From a bacterium (GTDB lineage: Bacteria > Vulcanimicrobiota > JAZDOK01): a DNA stretch of 64,000 bases. The notes beneath the pieces are model-generated. The model was given only the letters and a program-made list of their open reading frames with translations, was not told the origin of the DNA and did no database searches. The stretch spans positions 197,645-261,644 of the forward strand of contig JAZDOK010000100.1 in assembly GCA_043798715.1 (NCBI GenBank), in the 5' to 3' direction. This document shows, piece after piece, positions 1 to 7,267 of this stretch. Made by a program: the position numbers and the translations under genes. How positions within the stretch are numbered: position 1 is the first letter of the stretch; the number at the start of each line of letters is the position of its first letter.

Positions 1-714
1 GTCCAGGATCGCCCCGAACACGCCGCCGGCGCTCAAACCGCTGATGGTGTGCAACTGGCCGAGGAAGCCGAAGAGGACGATTGACTTGCTGCCGTTGTGC
101 AGGATCGCAACCGTCTGCAGGTAGGCCAGGTTCTGGAGGGTGACGTCGACCCATTCCAGGTTGCGGCCGAGGATCGTCTTCCCCCTCTCCGTCGCGTCGC
201 CGAAGGCGGCGGAGGCGGAACAGCTGCTCACGCGCAGGACGTCCGGTCCGAGCTCATAGACGAGGAGCTTGTTCCGGGAGAGCTTTCCGTTCCCCAGCGT
301 GTCGTCCGTATCGGAAAAGACCGACTGCATCCCCCGAATCTCGTCCTGGTACTCCGTCGGGATATTGGGGAGGATGGCTTGCGCTCGTTCTACAAGCTTC
401 TCGAAGGTGAGGTGCTCATCCCATATATGCAACTGGTCGAACATCGCCTTCAGCCCCGCATCGACCTGCGACTCGAAGCCGAGTACGCCGTTTTTGATCT
501 GCAGGGCGTATTGCCGCCCGATGTCGTAGTGGCCCGCGGCCTGCATGTTGATGTCGACCTTGTAATACAGGTCATTCACTCTATTCAGCGTCACGACTAC
601 AGGGCTTGGGGACGGGGACGGGCCGCTCTCATGGGACGTCGAGGAACTGCACCCCTGGAGCGCCGTGAAGGCCAGCAGGATGACTACGACAATGGCCATT
701 TTGAAATCTTTCAT
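1..714 (-). CDS. Peptidase C45 / Ntn-hydrolase family lipoprotein (acyl-CoA:6-APA acyltransferase-like); partial, runs off the window 5' edge
   Basis: I translated the reverse complement myself: MKDFKMAIVVVILLAFTALQGCSS... carries a lipoprotein signal, a candidate nucleophile in SSC|SASAAF and a GRNLEW motif resembling the C45 GQNWDF motif. There is a GGAGGA RBS 6 nt upstream of the ATG at 712-714. It lies antisense to track ORF 97..936. Confidence 0.55.
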   Translation of the reverse strand, partial: MKDFKMAIVVVILLAFTALQGCSSSTSHESGPSPSPSPVVVTLNRVNDLYYKVDINMQAAGHYDIGRQYALQIKNGVLGFESQVDAGLKAMFDQLHIWDEHLTFEKLVERAQAILPNIPTEYQDEIRGMQSVFSDTDDTLGNGKLSRNKLLVYELGPDVLRVSSCSASAAFGDATERGKTILGRNLEWVDVTLQNLAYLQTVAILHNGSKSIVLFGFLGQLHTISGLSAGGVFGAILD

Positions 715-728
715 GGGATCCTCCTTTT

Positions 729-750
729 AATGGGGACACAATACTATTTA
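729..750. repeat. REP-like sequence (left inverted copy)
   Basis: aatggggacacaatactattta; identical to the reverse complement of 1446-1467. Confidence 0.7.
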
Positions 751-1409
751 TTATTTAGCCTTGGCCTCCCTCGAGGAAGAAATCTCAAGATACGGCCGGT
801 GAGTTCCTCAGCTCTCTCAACGAAGTCATTATTTCCGCATATTCTACCGGTTTTTACCTTTTTTTGTAAACAATCCTTCATCTCTTTCTCAGTGTCCTTG
901 GTTAGAAATTCTCTCCAATCCATCTCCTCTAAATAGAGAGATTCCTTAACTAAGGGGTCTTTGTCTTTCAAGCCGACTCTCCAGGCAGCGCTTGACCATG
1001 TGTAATCCCAGGGTTCCTGCGCCAGTCCAGCCCGCACCGGATTGCGCTCAATGTATCGAACAGCAGCGTAAAGGTGTCTTTCATCAAGAGGACATGAGTA
1101 GAATCTTCCCTGAAATAAATATCCACGGACATCTTGGACGCTGTTGACATTAAATGTGTATCTGCGATGAGCCTCACCAATAGCCCTGGCCAGAGATTTT
1201 TCTTCGGAAGGGACGGCAATGAGATGGATATGGTTGCTCATAAGGCAATAAGCAAGGAATGTGACGCCATGGCGGGAGCCCTGGGATGAAAGCAAATGAA
1301 GATATTCAATACGATTTTGAGCGGAGAAAAAAACATCCTGCGATCTGACGCCGCGTTGTGTTACATGATGAGGATGACCCGGTATAACAATTCTTGCAAT
1401 TCTTGCCAT
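744..1409 (-). CDS. REP-associated tyrosine transposase (RAYT; IS200/IS605-like Y1 HUH transposase)
   Basis: 221 aa. It has a HUH motif (HIHLI) and a downstream Tyr-containing region (RYIERNP) typical of TnpA_REP / Y1 transposases, and it is flanked by inverted REPs. Confidence 0.8.
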   Translation of the reverse strand: MARIARIVIPGHPHHVTQRGVRSQDVFFSAQNRIEYLHLLSSQGSRHGVTFLAYCLMSNHIHLIAVPSEEKSLARAIGEAHRRYTFNVNSVQDVRGYLFQGRFYSCPLDERHLYAAVRYIERNPVRAGLAQEPWDYTWSSAAWRVGLKDKDPLVKESLYLEEMDWREFLTKDTEKEMKDCLQKKVKTGRICGNNDFVERAEELTGRILRFLPRGRPRLNNK

Positions 1410-1445
1410 AAGGATATTTTACCATTAATATAGAGAAGATGCAAT

Positions 1446-1467
1446 TAAATAGTATTGTGTCCCCATT
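1446..1467. repeat. REP-like sequence (right inverted copy)
   Basis: taaatagtattgtgtccccatt is the reverse complement of 729-750. Confidence 0.7.
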
Positions 1468-1475
1468 TTTCCCCA

Positions 1476-2954
1476 TTACATCCCCAATCCAGCTAAAAAG
1501 CTCTTGGCCACGGAGAAGGTCCAGGAGGTGAAGGCGGGGAGGAGGCCGAGGGCGGCGGCGGCCAGGGCGGAGACTATTATGACGACGGCGCAGGGGGCGG
1601 GGATGCGGATGGGTTCCTGGTTTTTCGGCTCCACCAGGTAGGCCTGGCGGAGGACGCCGAGGTAGTAATAGAGCGAGATGACGCTGGTCAGAATACCGAT
1701 TAAGGCCAGGAGGTAGAGTTTTTCCCCGCAGGCCGAGGCGAAGAGGTAGAACTTGCCGATGAAGCCCGAGAGAGGCGGAAGGCCCGCCGCGGAGAGAAGG
1801 GTAATCGCCAGGACGAAGGCCAGGGCCGGCGAGCGCCTTCCCAGCCCGGCGAAGTTTTCAATCCTGTCGGAACCGGTGGCCTCCTCTACTAAGAACACCA
1901 CGGCGAAGGCCCCCATCGCGGTGAGGGCATATATTACAATATAGAATAGCGCGGCCCCGAGCCCTTCGGCCGAACCTGCGGCCAGGGCGGTCAGAAGGTA
2001 GCCCATGTGGGCCACGCCCGAGTAGGCCAGCATCCTCTTGATGGAGGTCTGGGGCAGGGCGGCCAGGTTTCCCACCAGCATCGAGAGAAGCGAGAGCACC
2101 GCGAAAAGAAAGACCCACTCCGCCTTAAAAGGCGAGAGCGCCGTGAAGAAGAGACGCAGGAGAATGACAAGCCCCGCCGCCTTGGGCCCGGCGGCGATGA
2201 AGGCGGTGATGGGGGTGGGCGCGCCCTCGTAGACATCGGGGGCCCACATATGGAAGGGCGCTGCGATGATTTTAAAGCCGACCCCGGCCAGCAGAAATGC
2301 GATTCCCAGGAGCCAGACCGGTGAGAAATCGGCGCTGAAGGAAGGAGAAAGAAGAATCATGGAAAGGCGGGTGGAGCCGCTCAAGCCGTAGATCAGGCTC
2401 AGCCCGTAGAGGAAGAAGACCGAGGATAAAGCTCCCAGGATAAAATACTTAAGACCCGCCTCGCTGGAGCGGGACTCTTTCTTTTTAGAGGCTGCCAGCA
2501 CGTACATCGGGATGGACATGAGTTCGATCGAGAGAAAGAGCGTGACCAGCTCCCCGGCCGAGGCCGTGAGGAGCATCCCGCAGGCGATGAATAAAATTAG
2601 AATTAAGGGGACACAATACTTAATTCCTTGTGTTTTGCTAATTAAGTTTTGTGTCCCCTCAGTCATGCTGAGGAGAACGGCCAGGGCCGCAATCAGAAGG
2701 AAGGTGAGCTTGAAAAAGAGGGCCAGGTGGTCTAGGATGAAAAATCCCTTAAAGAGTGAGAGCTGGTCGTCCCAGAGAGTGGCCGCAGCCAGGCCTGCCA
2801 GGACGATCCCGAAGAGGGAAATATTGCCGAGCGCCTTTTTCCCTTTTACCCAGAAAGCATCCAAAAGAAGCACCAGGACGGCAGTCACCAGAACGATGAG
2901 TTCCGGGGAGAGAGGGCGCAGGGCCCTCCATATTTCAAGGTAATTGAAGGTCAA
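1476..2954 (-). CDS. nuoN: NADH-quinone oxidoreductase subunit N (antiporter-like), carrying an in-frame REP-like insertion
   Basis: 492 aa polytopic protein of the NuoN/ND2 family and the last gene of the nuo operon. Residues ~98-117 (EGTQNLISKTQGIKYCVPL) are encoded by the palindrome at 2604-2659. Confidence 0.85.
   Translation of the reverse strand: MTFNYLEIWRALRPLSPELIVLVTAVLVLLLDAFWVKGKKALGNISLFGIVLAGLAAATLWDDQLSLFKGFFILDHLALFFKLTFLLIAALAVLLSMTEGTQNLISKTQGIKYCVPLILILFIACGMLLTASAGELVTLFLSIELMSIPMYVLAASKKKESRSSEAGLKYFILGALSSVFFLYGLSLIYGLSGSTRLSMILLSPSFSADFSPVWLLGIAFLLAGVGFKIIAAPFHMWAPDVYEGAPTPITAFIAAGPKAAGLVILLRLFFTALSPFKAEWVFLFAVLSLLSMLVGNLAALPQTSIKRMLAYSGVAHMGYLLTALAAGSAEGLGAALFYIVIYALTAMGAFAVVFLVEEATGSDRIENFAGLGRRSPALAFVLAITLLSAAGLPPLSGFIGKFYLFASACGEKLYLLALIGILTSVISLYYYLGVLRQAYLVEPKNQEPIRIPAPCAVVIIVSALAAAALGLLPAFTSWTFSVAKSFLAGLGM
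2604..2659. repeat. REP-like imperfect palindrome inside the nuoN coding sequence
   Basis: The arm aattaaGGGGACACAAtACTTAATT, a 14-nt loop, and the arm AATTAAGTtTTGTGTCCCC match 18 of 19 positions. The shared GGGGACACAATACT core is also present in the RAYT-flanking REPs. Confidence 0.65.
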
Positions 2955-4468
2955 TGGAAACTACCCCCAAAAATCGTCAGGAATTGCATAACGGAGATCC
3001 TGGCCGTGTCTATGATGAATGATGGGTGGAGGCCGAAGAGGAGGATGGAAAGAAGGAGGAGCGCCAGGGGCCATTTTTCGATTCCGGCCAGATCCGATAG
3101 CGCCTCATATTCAGGTTTGAGAGGGCCGAAGAAGATTTTCTGGACGGCCCTGAGGATATAGATGGCGGCCAGAAGCAGGCTCAGGATGGAGAGGGCCGCC
3201 AGGATGGGAAAGCTCTCAAAAGCGCCCACAAAGACCAGAAATTCAGCCACGAAACCGCTCATCCCGGGAAGCCCCAGCGCCGCCAGTCCCCCCGCCGTCA
3301 TCAGGGCGGCCAGGAAGGGCAACCGGGTGGCCAGCCCCCCCAGGCTCTCAAGGTTCCGGGAGTGGGCTTTTTCATAGACCAATCCGGCTCCGCAGAAGAG
3401 GAGGGCGGTGATGACCCCGTGGGAGACCATCTGGAAAAGGGCGCCGCTGATGCCGGTCGGATTTAAGCAGGCCAGCCCCAGCAGGACGAAACCCATGTGG
3501 CTTATGCTCGAGTAGGCTATGAGATACTTGAGATCCTTCTGGGCCATGGAGCACAGCGCCCCGTAGAGAATGTTGACGACGGCCACCACCGCCAGGAACT
3601 TAAGCGCCCAGGCGGCCCCCTGTGGCAGGAGTCCCATGCCGACGCGCATGATCCCGTAGGCGCCCATCTTGAGGAGTAGTCCGGCCAGGAGCATGGAGAC
3701 GGCGGTGGGGGCGGCGGAGTGCCCGTCCGGAAGCCAGGTGTGGAACGGGAAGATCCCGGCCTCGATGCCGAAGCCGACGAAGAAGAGGAGGAAGAGAATC
3801 TTCTGCTGTAAGAGTGGCAGAGCCGCCCCCGCCTGCATGAGGGCCGCCAGATCAAAGGTGCGGGCGCCGGAAAGGACGTTTATAGCCAGGATTCCCAGGA
3901 GGATGAGCCCCCCTCCGAGCTGGAGGTAGAGCATGAGCTTCATGGCCGAATCTTCCTTCCGGACCGGATGAAGCGGGTCCTCCCTGTTGGAGCCCCAGAT
4001 GCCGATGAGGAAATACATGGGTACGGATGCCAGTTCGTAAAAAAGGAGGAAGAAGAAGAGGTCGAGGGAGAGGAAAAGGCCGAAGGAGCCCGCCAGCACC
4101 AGAAGGATCAGGACGAAATATTTTTTTTCATCCGTGCGGATATGGGAGGAGGCGAGGATGGCCGCCAAGGCCAGGATGCCCGAAAGAAGAATAAGCGGGG
4201 AATTTAAACCGTCCAATCCCAGGTGCCAGGAGATTCCCCAGGAGGGAAACCAGGGCAGGCGCTCTTCAAACCAGAAGGAGGCCGGGTTGGCTCCATTCAG
4301 GTACGGGTTGTAAAGCCAGAAGACGGCCGCCGAAAGCACAAAGGAAAAACTCGCGGCCAGAAGGGCGGTCAATTTAACGGCCCCGGCCCGGCCCTTCGGA
4401 AGAAGAAGCACGATGAGAGCGCCGCCCAGCGGAATGAGGATGAGAAGAAAGAGGAGCGGGATATTCAT
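2951..4468 (-). CDS. nuoM: NADH-quinone oxidoreductase subunit M
   Basis: 505 aa polytopic NuoM/ND4-family protein. It overlaps the nuoN start in an ATGA arrangement. Confidence 0.85.
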   Translation of the reverse strand: MNIPLLFLLILIPLGGALIVLLLPKGRAGAVKLTALLAASFSFVLSAAVFWLYNPYLNGANPASFWFEERLPWFPSWGISWHLGLDGLNSPLILLSGILALAAILASSHIRTDEKKYFVLILLVLAGSFGLFLSLDLFFFLLFYELASVPMYFLIGIWGSNREDPLHPVRKEDSAMKLMLYLQLGGGLILLGILAINVLSGARTFDLAALMQAGAALPLLQQKILFLLFFVGFGIEAGIFPFHTWLPDGHSAAPTAVSMLLAGLLLKMGAYGIMRVGMGLLPQGAAWALKFLAVVAVVNILYGALCSMAQKDLKYLIAYSSISHMGFVLLGLACLNPTGISGALFQMVSHGVITALLFCGAGLVYEKAHSRNLESLGGLATRLPFLAALMTAGGLAALGLPGMSGFVAEFLVFVGAFESFPILAALSILSLLLAAIYILRAVQKIFFGPLKPEYEALSDLAGIEKWPLALLLLSILLFGLHPSFIIDTARISVMQFLTIFGGSFH

Positions 4469-4474
4469 ATAGTG

Positions 4475-6448
4475 CTAGACGCCTCCCTTCAGCCATGAGA
4501 GGAAGCTGTCAAAGGGCCTTTGGAACAGGGGCCAGAGGGAGCCGTCCCAGAGGCCGGCCCCCAGAAGGAGGGCCAGTGCTCCAAGCAGGAAAACCAGGGC
4601 ATAAAACTGGACATAGCCGGTCTGCTCCCGGCGGATGGCCTCTCCGAAGGAGCGCATGCCGTCGCCGAACCTAAGCGTCAGGCGGTCCAGAATTTTACGG
4701 TCGAACAAAGAGGCCAGGCTGGCCGCCGAAAGAAGGCCCCTGGCGCTGAGCCATGAGAAGAGGTCGTCCATTCCGTACTTGTTTTCCAAAACGGCATACA
4801 AGGCGCGGTAGCGGTTCCTGAAAGATTCCTCCGGGATAACTTTCATCCGATAGATGAGAAAGGCCAGGAAAAGGCCCAGAATGGCCAGCCCCAGAGAAAG
4901 AGCCAGGGGAAAGTAGTTGACGCCGCTCTCCGCCGCGTTTATCTCGGCCAGGGGGGTGGCCCTCAGGAATTCTCCTAAGCCGTGAAACCAGGGCGTCTGG
5001 ACGAGGCCGGCCCCGGCGGCCAAAAGAGCCAGGACGAGCACGGGGAGGGACATGACGGGAGGCGCTTCGCGGGCTGTCGTATCTTCCCGGTGTTTCCCGG
5101 AGAAAACCAGGTAGTACATGCGGAAGATATAAAAAGCGGTGAGAAAGACCGTGGCAAAAGCCAGGATTTTTAAGACCGGATGACCGGGGAAGGCCCAGGC
5201 CGCCGAGAGAATTTCATCCTTGGACCAGAAGCCGGAGAAGGGCGGAATGCCCGCCAGGCAGAGACAGCCGACCAGGCAGGCAAGGCCCGTCAAGGGCATC
5301 TTTTTCCCCAGGCCGCCCATCTGCCTCATGTCGTTCGTGTGCAGGACGTGGATGACGCTCCCCGCGCAGAGGAAGAGAAGGGCCTTGAAAAAGGCGTGGG
5401 TCATCAGGTGGAAAGTTCCGGCCAGGTAGCCTCCCAGGCCGAGGGCCAGCATCATATATCCGAGCTGGCTCACGGTGGAGTAGGCCAGGACGCGCTTGAT
5501 ATCGTTTTGCACCACGGCCAGGGTGGCCGCCAGGGCCGCCGTGACCGCACCGATGTAGGCGATTACCAGGAGGGCCAGGGGGGCGCTCTGGAAGAGGATG
5601 TAGAGACGGGCCACCAGGAAGACCCCCGCGGCCACCATGGTTGCAGCATGGATAAGGGCGCTCACCGGGGTCGGGCCCTCCATGGCGTCCGGAAGCCAGA
5701 TGTGGAGCGGGAACTGGGCGGACTTGCCCGCCGCCCCGCAGAAGACGAGGAGGGCGCAGAGCGTAAGGAACGACCCGAGGGCCGGATCCTGCGCCCACCC
5801 GGAGATCATTCCGCCGAGCTTGATGAGGTCGAAGGTGCCGGCATTGGTGGCGAGGAGAATGATCCCGGCTAAAAGTCCCAGGTCGCCGAAACGGGTCACG
5901 ATAAAGGCCTTCTTGGCGGCGTCGGCCGCCGCCTTCTTCTGGTACCAGAAGCCTATAAGAAGGTATGAGCAGACCCCCACCAGCTCCCAGGCCATGTAGG
6001 CCTGCACCAGGTTGGGGCTTACGACCAGCGTCAGCATGGAGGCGGCAAATAGGGACATGAAGGCGTAATAGCGCGAGAATGAGGCCGCTCCCTCCTCCTT
6101 CATGTAGCCGGCCGAGTAAATCTGGATGAGAAGGGCCACCAGCGAAACCAGCGCCAGCATCAGGGCGGCCAGGTTGTCCACCAGAAGACCCAGGCCGACT
6201 TCAAGGTTGCCGATGTAAAGCCAGTTGAATCCTGATTCTAAAGGCGGCGCGTAGGGAGAATATAGACGGGCCATAAGGGTTCCCAAAGAGAAAACAAGGG
6301 CGAAAAAGATTCCCAGCAGGGAAAGAAAAACACTGAGGTTCCTCCTTTTGAGGGTGAAAAGGCAGATGAGGACAAAGGCCGCCGCCGGCAGGGCCGGGAT
6401 CAGCCAGGCGTTCGTCAGAAAAAATTCCAGGTCGAAACCGAAGACCAC
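4475..6448 (-). CDS. nuoL: NADH-quinone oxidoreductase subunit L
   Basis: 657 aa NuoL/ND5-family protein with a long C-terminal extension (amphipathic helix region). Confidence 0.85.
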   Translation of the reverse strand: MVFGFDLEFFLTNAWLIPALPAAAFVLICLFTLKRRNLSVFLSLLGIFFALVFSLGTLMARLYSPYAPPLESGFNWLYIGNLEVGLGLLVDNLAALMLALVSLVALLIQIYSAGYMKEEGAASFSRYYAFMSLFAASMLTLVVSPNLVQAYMAWELVGVCSYLLIGFWYQKKAAADAAKKAFIVTRFGDLGLLAGIILLATNAGTFDLIKLGGMISGWAQDPALGSFLTLCALLVFCGAAGKSAQFPLHIWLPDAMEGPTPVSALIHAATMVAAGVFLVARLYILFQSAPLALLVIAYIGAVTAALAATLAVVQNDIKRVLAYSTVSQLGYMMLALGLGGYLAGTFHLMTHAFFKALLFLCAGSVIHVLHTNDMRQMGGLGKKMPLTGLACLVGCLCLAGIPPFSGFWSKDEILSAAWAFPGHPVLKILAFATVFLTAFYIFRMYYLVFSGKHREDTTAREAPPVMSLPVLVLALLAAGAGLVQTPWFHGLGEFLRATPLAEINAAESGVNYFPLALSLGLAILGLFLAFLIYRMKVIPEESFRNRYRALYAVLENKYGMDDLFSWLSARGLLSAASLASLFDRKILDRLTLRFGDGMRSFGEAIRREQTGYVQFYALVFLLGALALLLGAGLWDGSLWPLFQRPFDSFLSWLKGGV

Positions 6449-6459
6449 TCCTGTCCTCC

Positions 6460-6777
6460 TTATCCCTTGAGTTTGTCGGCCTCATCCACCTGGATGGAGC
6501 CCGAGTTTCTGTACAGGCAGACGACGATGGCCAGCCCCACTGCCGCCTCGGCGGCCGCCACCGCCAGGATGAAGATGGCGAAGACCTGCCCGGCGGCCTG
6601 GGAGGCGGGCGAAAAGTTTGATGAACGCGAGAAGGCCACCAGGTTTATATTGACCGCGTTGAACATGAGTTCCAGGCCCATGAGCACTCCGATGGCGTTC
6701 CGGCGGGTGAGGACTCCGTAGAGCCCCACACAGAAAAGAAGAAAGGCCAGGACCAGGTAGTGCGTAAGACCCACCAT
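6460..6777 (-). CDS. nuoK: NADH-quinone oxidoreductase subunit K
   Basis: 105 aa with three TM helices. It resembles NuoK/ND4L and sits between nuoJ and nuoL. Confidence 0.85.
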   Translation of the reverse strand: MVGLTHYLVLAFLLFCVGLYGVLTRRNAIGVLMGLELMFNAVNINLVAFSRSSNFSPASQAAGQVFAIFILAVAAAEAAVGLAIVVCLYRNSGSIQVDEADKLKG

Positions 6778-7265
6778 CAGCGTTCCTCCTTCCGGGCCAG
6801 GAAGAGGGCCCCCACGCAGGCGGCGAGGAGCAGAACCGAGGTGAGCTCAAATGGCAGGGCAAAGTCCCTAAGAAGCGCCCCGGCCAGATCCAAAAGTGGA
6901 ATCCTCGCGCCCCAGGAGGCCGGCCAGGGGGCCGAGGCCAAAACCAGTAAGCTCAAAACGAGCATGACGGCTCCAAGGAAGGCGGCAGTCAATTCCTGGC
7001 CGTTGAAGGCGGCCCTGGAGGGGTCGTAGATGCGATGGGTCAGCATGATGGCAAAGAGGATGAGTACCGAGACGGCACCCACTGAGATCAGCACCTGGAG
7101 GCCCGCCAGGAGCTCGGCGTCCAGGGTGAGGTAGATGCCGGAGACGGCCACGAAGGCCGCGATGAGAAAGAGGGCGGCATGAAAGATGTTCCGCAGGCGC
7201 ACCGCCAGAAGCGCGGAGATGAGCAGGAGTGCCGAGAAAATATAGAACAGGATGGTCTGCTTCAT
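6777..7265 (-). CDS. nuoJ: NADH-quinone oxidoreductase subunit J
   Basis: Track ORF 6777..7313. The likely true start is MKQTILFYIF at 7265, 2 nt after the stop of the upstream nuoI-like gene. The protein has the NuoJ/ND6-like hydrophobic profile. Confidence 0.75.
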   Translation of the reverse strand: MKQTILFYIFSALLLISALLAVRLRNIFHAALFLIAAFVAVSGIYLTLDAELLAGLQVLISVGAVSVLILFAIMLTHRIYDPSRAAFNGQELTAAFLGAVMLVLSLLVLASAPWPASWGARIPLLDLAGALLRDFALPFELTSVLLLAACVGALFLARKEER

Positions 7266-7267
7266 TA

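Larger units (their letters stand above)
729..1467 (-). mobile_element. RAYT unit: REP-associated tyrosine transposase gene flanked by perfect 22-bp inverted REP sequences
   Basis: The 22-mer AATGGGGACACAATACTATTTA occurs at 729-750, and its exact reverse complement occurs at 1446-1467. Together they bracket the IS200-like transposase ORF. Confidence 0.7.

Noticed and set aside
97-936. 279-aa + strand ORF at the start of the window
   Set aside because: It lies antisense to a much better-supported minus-strand gene (C45 peptidase-like lipoprotein with RBS, signal peptide and catalytic motifs) and to the RAYT stop. It is Gly/Arg/Leu-rich, as expected for a high-GC out-of-frame read.
5180-5872. 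230-aa and 194-aa ORFs (5180..5872 + and 5214..5798 -) inside nuoL
   Set aside because: They are alternative-frame or antisense reads within a conserved membrane-subunit gene. They have Arg/Gly/Pro-rich composition and no start context.
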